DNA of 10,423 nucleotides from Rhodothermales bacterium (GTDB taxonomy: Bacteria > Bacteroidota > Rhodothermia > Rhodothermales > VXPQ01). Made by a program: the position numbers and the translations under genes. The notes under the pieces are model-generated. The model did no database searches and was not told the DNA's origin. It saw only the letters and a list, made by a program, of their open reading frames with translations. Every line of letters begins with the position of its first letter. Position 1 is the first letter of the stretch. The DNA is taken from positions 45,180 through 55,602 of the forward strand of contig JBBDTI010000014.1 of assembly GCA_040904565.1 (NCBI GenBank), given 5' to 3'. This document shows, one piece after another, positions 1-7,644 of the stretch.

Positions 1-1
1 T

Positions 2-94
2 TATGCGCTGTTTGATGGCCGCACTGGTAAACGGCTCGATCGACGCCTGACGTACGGCCTGAAAGTCGACTACTCCGCCTGCGGTCCCCCGTAG
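2..94 (+). CDS. Possible 3' end of a gene entering from the left edge (unknown product)
   Basis: Open frame YALFDGRTGKRLDRRLTYGLKVDYSACGPP ending in TAG at 92-94. No family recognised. Confidence 0.3.
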   Translation, partial: YALFDGRTGKRLDRRLTYGLKVDYSACGPP

Positions 95-473
95 GGCCAC
101 CATGGATTCCTGTAGGCGGGCGACTCGACCACTACCTCCCGGCCGTCCCGGCGATACGTCACTCTCGCCCGCACCCAGTGGTCGGTCTCCAGCATCGTCT
201 CGACGCGCAACTCGGCCGGCATCTCCGTCGCGTCGGCAAGGAGCAGCCGAGAAGATGTCAGGAAGCCGCTCGTAAAGGACGGGTCGATAGGACCATCGAG
301 CAGAGCGGCGCGAACGGACCGCGTCCGGCCTTCACATTTTCCAATCTACCATGCGGCCCGATCAATTCCCACGAAGGAGGACGATCGGGCTTGCCGCGTA
401 ACAAACAGGGCCAGGCGGCCACCCAACATAGAGATGCGGCATCTACGAAAGCATTTGCAGAAGACGATACGAC

Positions 474-1487
474 ATGGCGTTTCCGTTTCCGTTCCCCATC
501 CCGGCTGCGATCGTGCTCCTGTCGATGGCTGTGGGATGGATGGCTATCGCCGGGACGGTGGCCGGTCAAGACGAGGCCGTGCTGACTCCCGCAAAGGACA
601 ATACCCTATACCAGGAATCCGGCAGCCGGAGCAATGGCTCCGGTGAGTACCTCTACGTCGGCCGCACCTCAGGTTTTGACGGTACGCTTGCTCGTCGTGC
701 GCTCTTGAAGTTTGATCTGGAGCGGGCCATTCCGCGGGATGCCCGTATTCTGAACGTTACGCTCACATTCCATACGTCAGAGGCCCCAGTCGGTGGATCC
801 GGAACGGAAATCTTCGTCCTGCGCGTGACGAGAGACTGGGGCGAGAGCGCGTCAAACGCCGGAGACCGCGCCATAGAAGGAGCTCGAGCCCAGCAGGGCG
901 ACGCGACATGGACGCACGCGATCTTCGACGTAGCCACGTGGCAGAATGCGGGGGGAGACTTCGCCGCAGCGCCGAGTGCCAGCGTTTCGGTGGGGCGTCC
1001 GCTTACGCAATATGTGGTAAAATCGACGGAAGCACTCGAAAACGACGTGCAACTGTGGCTGGACGCCCCCGAGGCCAATCACGGATGGATATTGATCGGC
1101 GACGAAGTCAGAGAATCCACAACGAGAAGACTGAACAGCCGCTTTCATCGGGACGAACCGTCGCGGCCGCGAATGACGGTCATCTTTTCCGTCCCAACAT
1201 CTTCCGAGAGTCCGGCCCGGACGAGCGCCTTCGAGGTAGAGGGCATCGCTCCGAATCCTGTCGGGGCGTCGGGCACCATCCGGTACGTGCTGGACCGACC
1301 GCAGACCGTACGCTTCATCATCTACGACGTGACGGGACGACCCATTTACACGGCTACGCAACACGGTCGCGCCGGCGAGAATGGAATGAGGGTCGATACA
1401 GGCATACTCCCATCCGGACTCTACATCTACTGCCTCACGCCGGAGACTGGCTCGCGTACGTGCCGGACGATGACGCGCGTGCGATGA
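474..1487 (+). CDS. Secreted DNRLRE-domain-like protein with C-terminal T9SS (Por) sorting domain
   Basis: 337-aa ORF with an N-terminal hydrophobic signal peptide. TPAKDNTLYQ...GSGEYLYVG...RRALLKFDL and NHGWILIGDE...RPRMTV resemble DNRLRE-type domains. The C-terminal APNPV...IRYVL...VRFIIYDVTGR...LPSGLYIYCL...TMTRVR resembles a T9SS type-A sorting domain. Family calls are by motif recognition only. Confidence 0.75.
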   Translation: MAFPFPFPIPAAIVLLSMAVGWMAIAGTVAGQDEAVLTPAKDNTLYQESGSRSNGSGEYLYVGRTSGFDGTLARRALLKFDLERAIPRDARILNVTLTFHTSEAPVGGSGTEIFVLRVTRDWGESASNAGDRAIEGARAQQGDATWTHAIFDVATWQNAGGDFAAAPSASVSVGRPLTQYVVKSTEALENDVQLWLDAPEANHGWILIGDEVRESTTRRLNSRFHRDEPSRPRMTVIFSVPTSSESPARTSAFEVEGIAPNPVGASGTIRYVLDRPQTVRFIIYDVTGRPIYTATQHGRAGENGMRVDTGILPSGLYIYCLTPETGSRTCRTMTRVR

Positions 1488-1583
1488 CGCTGGGGAAAGC
1501 TGGCCGCCCAATGATCACCGTCGCCAAGTCTTCACCGTGGGAACGCCACCCCAGTATCGTCTCGGATCGGCGCTGCCGTATCG

Positions 1584-2297
1584 CTACAGCGAAAACACCC
1601 ATTCCGGCAGCATCCCTATCGCGACGGCCTCCAGGATCTTGTCGGCGCCGGTCAGCACCAGAAGCCCCAGAATCAAGAGCGTCCAGCCCAGCAGCTTCTT
1701 GCCGAGGCCGGATTTCGACATGAGCTCCGGCCGCCATTTCGCGAGTGCCTGTTTGGAGGCGACACCGGCCACGAGCAGGGTTCCCGCCGTCCCGATCCCG
1801 AAGGCCAGCATCACGATAAAGGCGATCCCCATGCTCTGTCCGAGCGACGCGAGGCCGATGGCGGCCCCGAGCGTCGGTCCCACGCAGGGAAGCCATACCA
1901 CCCCGAGCAGGGCCCCCACGCCGAACTGCGCGGCCGCCGATGTCTCCTGCGTCGAGCTGCCGATACGGAATCGGCCCGACAGCAGGGACAGGCGCACGGT
2001 GAGCCAGTTGCCCAGCGGCCTGACGAGCAGCGTCAGGGCGATCACTATCAGAAGCCCGGCGCCGAGATAGCGCACCAGCTCCGGATCCAGCCCCGTGTTC
2101 ACGAGCACGAACGTGAGCACCGTCCCGGCCACGGCGAACGAAACGCTGAGGCCCAGACCGAGCATCACCGGTCCCCACTTTCCACTGGACGCAGCCGAGG
2201 ACATCACGACGGGTACAAGCGGCCATACGCAGGGCGACAAAACGCCCAGGACGCCGGCCACGAAGGCCAGCGGAATCGATGCGAGCTCCAGACTCAT
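1584..2297 (-). CDS. ccdA: CcdA/DsbD-family transmembrane thiol-disulfide electron transporter
   Basis: 237-aa highly hydrophobic ORF with the two conserved Pro-Cys motifs (LSPCVWPLVP and WLPCVGPTLG). Start overlaps the upstream thioredoxin stop (ATGA, 2294-2297). Confidence 0.9.
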   Translation of the reverse strand: MSLELASIPLAFVAGVLGVLSPCVWPLVPVVMSSAASSGKWGPVMLGLGLSVSFAVAGTVLTFVLVNTGLDPELVRYLGAGLLIVIALTLLVRPLGNWLTVRLSLLSGRFRIGSSTQETSAAAQFGVGALLGVVWLPCVGPTLGAAIGLASLGQSMGIAFIVMLAFGIGTAGTLLVAGVASKQALAKWRPELMSKSGLGKKLLGWTLLILGLLVLTGADKILEAVAIGMLPEWVFSL

Positions 2298-2701
2298 GTC
2301 TGATCGGCCGCTTCATTCAGCGCTGCGAAGATCACGTCGCGGCTCGTTTCAGCCACGTTGAACCAGACCTGTTCCTCGCCTCGATAGAGGATGAGGGTAG
2401 ACTGACGCGGTGCGCGGAAGGCCCTGACCCACTCCTTCTGCTCGTCGAAATTGACCTGCAAGATGTGAAGCGGTACGTCGGGATGCTCTTCCAGATAGGC
2501 GTCGAGCACCTTCTGCTGCTGCGCGCACGTCGGGCACCAGTCGGCGAACACGTCGATCAATATCAGCGCACCCTCCGATTGAAGCTCCTCGAAGCGCTCT
2601 TCGGTAAAAGCCTCTTTTTCCTGCGACCAGGCTTGCTGCGCGGGAAACAGCAGCAGTCCGACGACCAGAAATGACACGGTGGTTGCGAGTACTCTTTTCA
2701 T
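2294..2701 (-). CDS. Exported thioredoxin-family protein
   Basis: 135 aa with a signal peptide (MKRVLATTVSFLVVGLLLFPAQQAWS) and a DVFADWCPTC active site. Coupled to ccdA. Confidence 0.88.
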   Translation of the reverse strand: MKRVLATTVSFLVVGLLLFPAQQAWSQEKEAFTEERFEELQSEGALILIDVFADWCPTCAQQQKVLDAYLEEHPDVPLHILQVNFDEQKEWVRAFRAPRQSTLILYRGEEQVWFNVAETSRDVIFAALNEAADQT

Positions 2702-2927
2702 GGTGGATCGGACCCGTATGGTGATCTACAAGAGCAAGATAGCGGAATTCGGACGCTCAACGGCGCACCGTGTATGTGTTGCAGCGATGACCTTCGTTAC
2801 ACGGTATGATCAGGTAGGCGGTGAACCGACGCGGTTGCGCGGCAGTGCGGAACGGCGCACCTTGGAAGACGGACTGGCCCCGTGCCTCCCCATCAACGTA
2901 CTGTCCTTACACCTCGAAACGTACCTA

Positions 2928-3485
2928 ATGGCCTGGATCGACGTCATCGACGAAAGCGGCGCTTCCGGCGAGCTCGAGGAAGCCTATCGGTCCATCACCG
3001 GCGCGAGGGGCAAGCTCTCCAACATCATGCGGGTCCACAGCCTGCATCCCGGAGCGATGCTCGCGCACATGGAGCTCTACCGGCAGCTGCTCTTCAGCCG
3101 ATCCGGACTCTCAAGAGCCGAGCGGGAGTTGATCGGCGTCGTGGTTTCCGCCCGCAACGCCTGTTCGTACTGCGTCCGGCATCACGCCGAAGCTCTCAGG
3201 GCGTACTGGAAGGACGCCGACCGCGTCCAGATGGCGATCGATAATTACGACGCGGCCGGACTCACCGACCGGCAGCGGGCGATGCTCGACTACGCGGTAC
3301 GGCTGACCGACGATCCCTCCGCGGTCTCGGAAGGGCACGTGGAGCAGCTCCGAGAGACGGGCCTTTCGGATCGGGACATTCTCGACGTCAATCTGATCGC
3401 GAGCTACTTCAATTTCGTAAACCGGATCGCGGAAGGCCTGGGGGTCACCTTTACGGATGATGAGGCCACGGGATTTCGCTACTGA
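2928..3485 (+). CDS. AhpD/carboxymuconolactone-decarboxylase-family peroxidase-related enzyme
   Basis: Start reassigned to ATG 2928 (MAWIDVIDE, 185 aa). Motifs ERELIGVVVSARNACSYCVRHH (CxYC) and YFNFVNRIA. Confidence 0.88.
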   Translation: MAWIDVIDESGASGELEEAYRSITGARGKLSNIMRVHSLHPGAMLAHMELYRQLLFSRSGLSRAERELIGVVVSARNACSYCVRHHAEALRAYWKDADRVQMAIDNYDAAGLTDRQRAMLDYAVRLTDDPSAVSEGHVEQLRETGLSDRDILDVNLIASYFNFVNRIAEGLGVTFTDDEATGFRY

Positions 3486-3936
3486 TGACGGTGCTGCTTG
3501 TGCTGCCTTGCGACCGTTTGTTGATCTCGCCGGCGGCCGTCCGGTCCTCGATCGCCTCGAGAATCGGGCATTCGCTCGTCGGCCCCTCGCCGCTGCACGC
3601 GTCGGCCAGACTCGTCAGGGCCGCCTCGATGCGCCGGAGATCGTCGATTTTCTCGCGCACGTCCACCAGTTTAGCGGTCGCCCTCGATCGCACGTCGCCG
3701 CAGTCCCCGTCCGGGTCGACCCGCAGCTCGAGGAGTTCTTCGATCTCACCCAGTGAGAAGCCGAGCTCCTGGGCCCGCTTGATGAAGCGGATGCGCTCGA
3801 CGTACTTCTCGTCGTAGATCCGGTAGTCACCGTCCGTACGCGGCGGCTCGGGGATCATCCCCCGCCGTTCATAATAGCGCACCGTTTCCCTGCTTACCCC
3901 CGACCTTTCGGCAACTTCTCCTCTGGTCATCGTCAT
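3451..3936 (-). CDS. merR: MerR-family divalent-metal-responsive regulator (Hg-MerR-like three-Cys pattern)
   Basis: N-terminal wHTH TRGEVAERSGVSRETVRYYERRGMI and RFIKRAQELGFSLGEIEELL. The Cys triad DCGD...ACSG...ECPIL is spaced +35 and +9, as for C82/C117/C126 of Tn501 MerR. PbrR-type regulators share similar spacing, so the metal is not certain. Start is 3936 or 3930. Confidence 0.85.
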   Translation of the reverse strand: MTMTRGEVAERSGVSRETVRYYERRGMIPEPPRTDGDYRIYDEKYVERIRFIKRAQELGFSLGEIEELLELRVDPDGDCGDVRSRATAKLVDVREKIDDLRRIEAALTSLADACSGEGPTSECPILEAIEDRTAAGEINKRSQGSTSSTVISSEIPWPHHP

Positions 3937-4035
3937 GGCGTTGCTACCTGTCGATTGCGATGCCTCATGCACTATCGATTCTGGGTGGAAAGGTTCGCTC
4001 CCGCGGCGCGTATGCGGGCGTACCGCGATCGTGGC

Positions 4036-4989
4036 TCAATTCACCGGGGTAAATTTTTGGATGCGGTCGTTCCCGAAATCCGCCACGTACAGGTTGCCGG
4101 CTTCGTCGAACGCGATATCTGCGGGCCGCTCGAACCGGCCTTCGCGGGAACCGTGCGAACCGAACGCCCCGATGAATTCACCATCTTGCGAAAAGACCTG
4201 TATGCGGTGATTGAAAAAATCCGCCACGTAGATCCGATCGTCGGGCCCGACCTCGACGGCCGTGGCCACGTTAAATCGGCCGTCGGAGGTGCCTGCTTCC
4301 GTCGTCGTTTCGGGCCGGATCCAAACCACCGTGCCGTCACCTTCCAACATCTGGATGCGATTGTTGTACGCGTCCGCCACCACAACGCGTCCGCCCGGCG
4401 CCAGGGCAACGTCGGTCGGATAGGTAAACTGTCCCGGTGCAGGGCCCTCCTCTCCGCCCCGCCCGAACGATCGGAAGGTCGTGCCCTCGGGACTCACGAC
4501 CTGGACGCGATGTTTGAAGAACTCCGCCACGTACACGTCACCATTTTCCGCGACGGCAACGCCGGCCGGCGCGTCGAAGGCATCATCGCCCCGACCCGCC
4601 CCTCCGATCGACCGGCCGGCGTCGCCATCCAGCGAGATAACATGTATCCGATCGTCGAGGTACGCCGGCACGTAGAGCCGCCCGTCATGCGCGTCCAGGT
4701 GCATCGGTCGTCTCAGACTGTCCCCTCCCACTGCGTTGAGAAAGCGCCCCTGCAAATCGAAAACCTGAATCCGATTGTTGCCCGTCTCGCTGACGAAGAG
4801 ACGTCCACCCGTTATAGCCAACCCGATCGGTTCGTCGAACTGCCCCGGCTCGGTCCCGGCTTCACCCCACGCGAGCTCGAACCGGTAGCCGGGATCGTTC
4901 GCACCATCCGACGGAGGCGATCCGCAGCCGACAAGCAGAAACGTAAACGCGAGTACCCGGAATAGACGAAGACTCGGCATGTGGATCAT
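4036..4989 (-). CDS. NHL-repeat six-bladed beta-propeller lipoprotein
   Basis: 317 aa with lipobox LLVGC. Six repeats of the F-x-x-P-x-G/D-V-A...VYVADF-x-N-x-RIQ-x-F type. Start overlaps the upstream stop (ATGA, 4986-4989). Confidence 0.9.
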   Translation of the reverse strand: MIHMPSLRLFRVLAFTFLLVGCGSPPSDGANDPGYRFELAWGEAGTEPGQFDEPIGLAITGGRLFVSETGNNRIQVFDLQGRFLNAVGGDSLRRPMHLDAHDGRLYVPAYLDDRIHVISLDGDAGRSIGGAGRGDDAFDAPAGVAVAENGDVYVAEFFKHRVQVVSPEGTTFRSFGRGGEEGPAPGQFTYPTDVALAPGGRVVVADAYNNRIQMLEGDGTVVWIRPETTTEAGTSDGRFNVATAVEVGPDDRIYVADFFNHRIQVFSQDGEFIGAFGSHGSREGRFERPADIAFDEAGNLYVADFGNDRIQKFTPVN

Positions 4990-5891
4990 ATATTCACCCT
5001 GACACTTACGATTCCGATGTACCTCGGCCCCATCCCATTCCCGTTCAGCTCACGAGCGACCGGCACCTGAAGCGCCCCTTCGAGCACGATTCTCCTCGTA
5101 ACGTATTGCAGTCCGGGCGCCCCGTACCACGTAATACCGCCGGTGTCGTCCATCTTGCTTCCATCGCTCACGTTTCTGCCGATCCCGATGAGGCTGGATT
5201 CGAGATTCGCGTAGAAGAAACCGGGAACGCCACGCGAGAGCGTACGGGGCCACACTCTCACTTTGAATGCGGCGTCCAGTCTAGACTCGTCGCCGAAATC
5301 GACCGGCCCGGCTGAACCGTTTCGCTGGAAACTCGAGGAAACGTCAAGCTGCCAGGCCAGCGTCTGCCACGTGAAGACGAGACCCAGGAACGGGTCCCAC
5401 GTGCCGGATCCGAGCTGAAGTGGAGCGGGCAGACGGCCGCGCACGTCGCGCACGTCATCCCGTCCGGTCGGCAGCTCGACGCCGGCCAGCGGAGCCAGGC
5501 GCATCGTGCGCCCCCTTGCGTTACGACGAAACGCCGTATATCGTGCGAAAAGACGGACATCTCCAATCCCTCTCGTGCTTCGAACGACGCGGCCGTCATC
5601 CGAATCGACGGCCAGGCTCTTGTCTAGGGTGGGAAGAACGCCGAAGACGGCCAGATACGGGCGCACTCCGTATACGCCGACGACGGGCGCGGCGAGCGTA
5701 GTCATGGCCCGGTTCATCTCTGTCGGGTCGTCCGTCGCCCGCATAATTTGAACCTGCATCCTGACGATGCCCTGGGCCCGGGCCACGGGCAGCGCCGTGT
5801 TGGTAGTGATCTGCGCGCGACTCGGCCGCGCGAAAAGTCCCAGCAGGCCGATGAGTACGGCGCAAGAAGTAATGGAGAGATCCGATTTCAT
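4986..5891 (-). CDS. Putative outer-membrane beta-barrel transporter (COG4313/Phenol_MetA_deg-like)
   Basis: Start reassigned to ATG 5891 (301 aa), giving a signal peptide ending PSRA-Q. Motifs GIGDVRLFARY, GVELPTG, LQLGSGTWD, PGLQY and QVPV, with alternating amphipathic strands and a terminal strand GIVSVRVNI. Confidence 0.7.
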   Translation of the reverse strand: MKSDLSITSCAVLIGLLGLFARPSRAQITTNTALPVARAQGIVRMQVQIMRATDDPTEMNRAMTTLAAPVVGVYGVRPYLAVFGVLPTLDKSLAVDSDDGRVVRSTRGIGDVRLFARYTAFRRNARGRTMRLAPLAGVELPTGRDDVRDVRGRLPAPLQLGSGTWDPFLGLVFTWQTLAWQLDVSSSFQRNGSAGPVDFGDESRLDAAFKVRVWPRTLSRGVPGFFYANLESSLIGIGRNVSDGSKMDDTGGITWYGAPGLQYVTRRIVLEGALQVPVARELNGNGMGPRYIGIVSVRVNI

Positions 5892-5949
5892 CTGGGGGAT
5901 TGTGGGGCTAAGAAGCGAGCACGTCACCAGATCGCTTGCGTGGTCCGAT

Positions 5950-6312
5950 CTAGTCCGCCGGAGTGCGCCATGTGATCGAACGGACGGTAAATCCCGCATC
6001 CGCCACCGCATCGCGTATCTGCTCTTCGGTGGGCAACGTCTCGTCCGCCAGCATCATTTCTATCGTGCCCTCTTCGATATGCACCTCAATGGCATCCACA
6101 CCCTCGAGCGCCATCAATTTCTTTTCGATGCCATACGCACAGAACGGACAGGCAAGCCCATCCACTTCCAGCGTCACATCCGGCTCGCTAGTGGCATTCC
6201 GTGCATTCTGTGCGTTCGCAGCCAACACCGGCAGCGAACCGATGGCAAGCATTCCGACAACGAGTGCGACGATCGGTAGACGGCACACGGTTCTTAGTCT
6301 GGCCTCGTTCAT
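5950..6312 (-). CDS. Exported heavy-metal-associated (HMA) domain protein, MerP/CopZ-like
   Basis: From ATG 6312 (120 aa): a signal peptide, then VTLEVDGLACPFCAYGIEKKL...IRDAVADAGF. Confidence 0.85.
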   Translation of the reverse strand: MNEARLRTVCRLPIVALVVGMLAIGSLPVLAANAQNARNATSEPDVTLEVDGLACPFCAYGIEKKLMALEGVDAIEVHIEEGTIEMMLADETLPTEEQIRDAVADAGFTVRSITWRTPAD

Positions 6313-6392
6313 CCTGCAGTCAGGCGTAAGCTTGATAGGTAGACAATGGGGGGCGAGAATCCGCTCAGCGGCAGGCGGTTGTTCCACGGCGA

Positions 6393-6659
6393 TCAGAGAG
6401 GTTGACCGATCCCCGCATCCAGGAGGGCTTCCTCGCTCACGCCTCGACCGTCACAGCACCCGGCCAGCTCTCCGTCGATGACGACGGCGGGCACGCTGCG
6501 AATCCCCAGCGCCGCGGCTCGGCGAGCGACCGCCTCGTCGGAAAGATTCAGTACGTCGATGTCGCACGAGTCGCAGGCTATGCGACGGACCATATCGACC
6601 GTCTGATCGCAAATCGGGCATCCGGCCGTGAAGATTTCTACGGTGCGCGTCTGACTCAT
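6393..6659 (-). CDS. Small Cys-rich thioredoxin/glutaredoxin-fold protein
   Basis: 88 aa with VEIFTAGCPIC and the cis-Pro motif SVPAVVIDG, plus extra CDSC and GCC. GGAG lies upstream of the start. Confidence 0.85.
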   Translation of the reverse strand: MSQTRTVEIFTAGCPICDQTVDMVRRIACDSCDIDVLNLSDEAVARRAAALGIRSVPAVVIDGELAGCCDGRGVSEEALLDAGIGQPL

Positions 6660-6705
6660 CACTCAGGCTCCATTCAATAAAATTCCTCCGTCGATTCGCG
6701 CCTTG

Positions 6706-6733
6706 TACGGCCTGTAGTACACTACAACGTTTC
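6706..6733 (-). promoter_or_regulatory. Candidate MerR operator/promoter
   Basis: Perfect dyad TGTAGT-AC-ACTACA at 6713-6726, within CTGTAG-TACA-CTACAA. It resembles the mer operator CCGTAC-N4-GTACGG and lies about 55 nt upstream of the first gene of the merR-containing cluster. Confidence 0.65.
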
Positions 6734-6837
6734 TTGCTTCATCGACAATTCACATAGAGGTGGCCCAAGGGACGGCGTGCGTGGGCGCCTATATCGCTTG
6801 GACGGATTCTCGCATCCTATAGAAATTAGAGACCGCT

Positions 6838-7428
6838 TCAGCGCTTGCTCACTACGACGACGTCGTCCGCGACCCGGGTCGTCGCATCGTCGCGAAGGAC
6901 GAGTCCGTGGCGCCGAAGCATCCACAATTCCGGTATGATCTCGGAGATGACTTCCCCGTCGTTGAAGATGCGCACGACCGAGCTTTCCGAGACGACGACG
7001 GCGACGGCGGAGGTGTATTTTGAAATGGATGCCCCCGCCATGTGGCGGCTTCCCAATCCCAGCGGCAGTTCGATCCCTCCGGAAGAGGCGTCAAAGTATC
7101 GGGCCGCCGACACGACGATGCCATCTCCGGAGACCACGAAGCCGCCGTCCAGCTGTGCGAGCTCCTTGATCGTTTCACGGCAGTTGGGGTCGGACAAGCT
7201 CCGGGCGGTCTCCGGGTGCCCGAGCAGCGGGTCCAGGATGAGGGCGCGCGAGCGGGTCATGACGCTTTCCACGTCTCCAATCACGAAAAGCGTCCCGATC
7301 TTTCGCCCCTCGCGCCCCTCGCGCGCGATTTCCACGGCCAGTACGAGCACTTCTTCCAGCGTCCCCGGATCGACGTAGCATTGCTGGCAGCAGACTTCTT
7401 CGAGTATTGCTTGCAAACGCTCGTGCAT
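6838..7428 (-). CDS. Stand-alone diadenylate cyclase (DAC/DisA_N domain), DacZ-like
   Basis: 196 aa with GREGRKIGTLFVIGD, KELAQLDGGFVV (DGA-motif variant), GLGSRHMAG (RHR-motif variant as in DacZ-type enzymes) and VVVSES. Confidence 0.85.
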   Translation of the reverse strand: MHERLQAILEEVCCQQCYVDPGTLEEVLVLAVEIAREGREGRKIGTLFVIGDVESVMTRSRALILDPLLGHPETARSLSDPNCRETIKELAQLDGGFVVSGDGIVVSAARYFDASSGGIELPLGLGSRHMAGASISKYTSAVAVVVSESSVVRIFNDGEVISEIIPELWMLRRHGLVLRDDATTRVADDVVVVSKR

Positions 7429-7644
7429 GGATGATCAACCAGAGTCAAGTTCGTTTGAGCTACCGTTCTATCTGTGGGACGCCGCTAAGGTGCTCGTCGT
7501 TACACGGCCGGTACGTACGAGCATTTCGTCAGCGTCGTGAGGTGAGCACCTGCTTCGCCGGCCGCTCCCAGCTCTTCGCGCCGCCGGATCCCTGGCGCAT
7601 CGGGTCCGTCCGGGCGTGACCCAGGAACCCACTCGATATCTAGG

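Noticed and set aside
1435-2316. 293-aa minus ORF and 908-1723 plus ORF
   Set aside because: Arg/Ala-rich alternative frames overlapping ccdA and the secreted protein, as expected in high-GC DNA.
2759-2861. 11-bp direct repeat AACGGCGCACC (2759, 2851) and 8-bp inverted repeat (2767-2774, 2798-2805)
   Set aside because: Only two copies with no array or mobile element; compatible with chance, though a regulator site cannot be excluded.
2679-2927. 83-aa N-terminal extension of the AhpD-like ORF
   Set aside because: It overlaps the divergent thioredoxin start and covers the promoter region; family-like sequence begins at MAWI (2928).
3955-4965. 336-aa plus-strand ORF
   Set aside because: Antisense shadow of the NHL-repeat gene; its periodicity mirrors the repeats and it has no recognisable motifs.
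5892-6011. 40-aa N-terminal extension of the barrel ORF
   Set aside because: It overlaps the HMA gene; the signal peptide begins at 5891.
7490-7540. Hammerhead-like CTGACGA on the minus strand followed by a stem
   Set aside because: No GAAA follows the stem and the remaining hammerhead helices are not evident.
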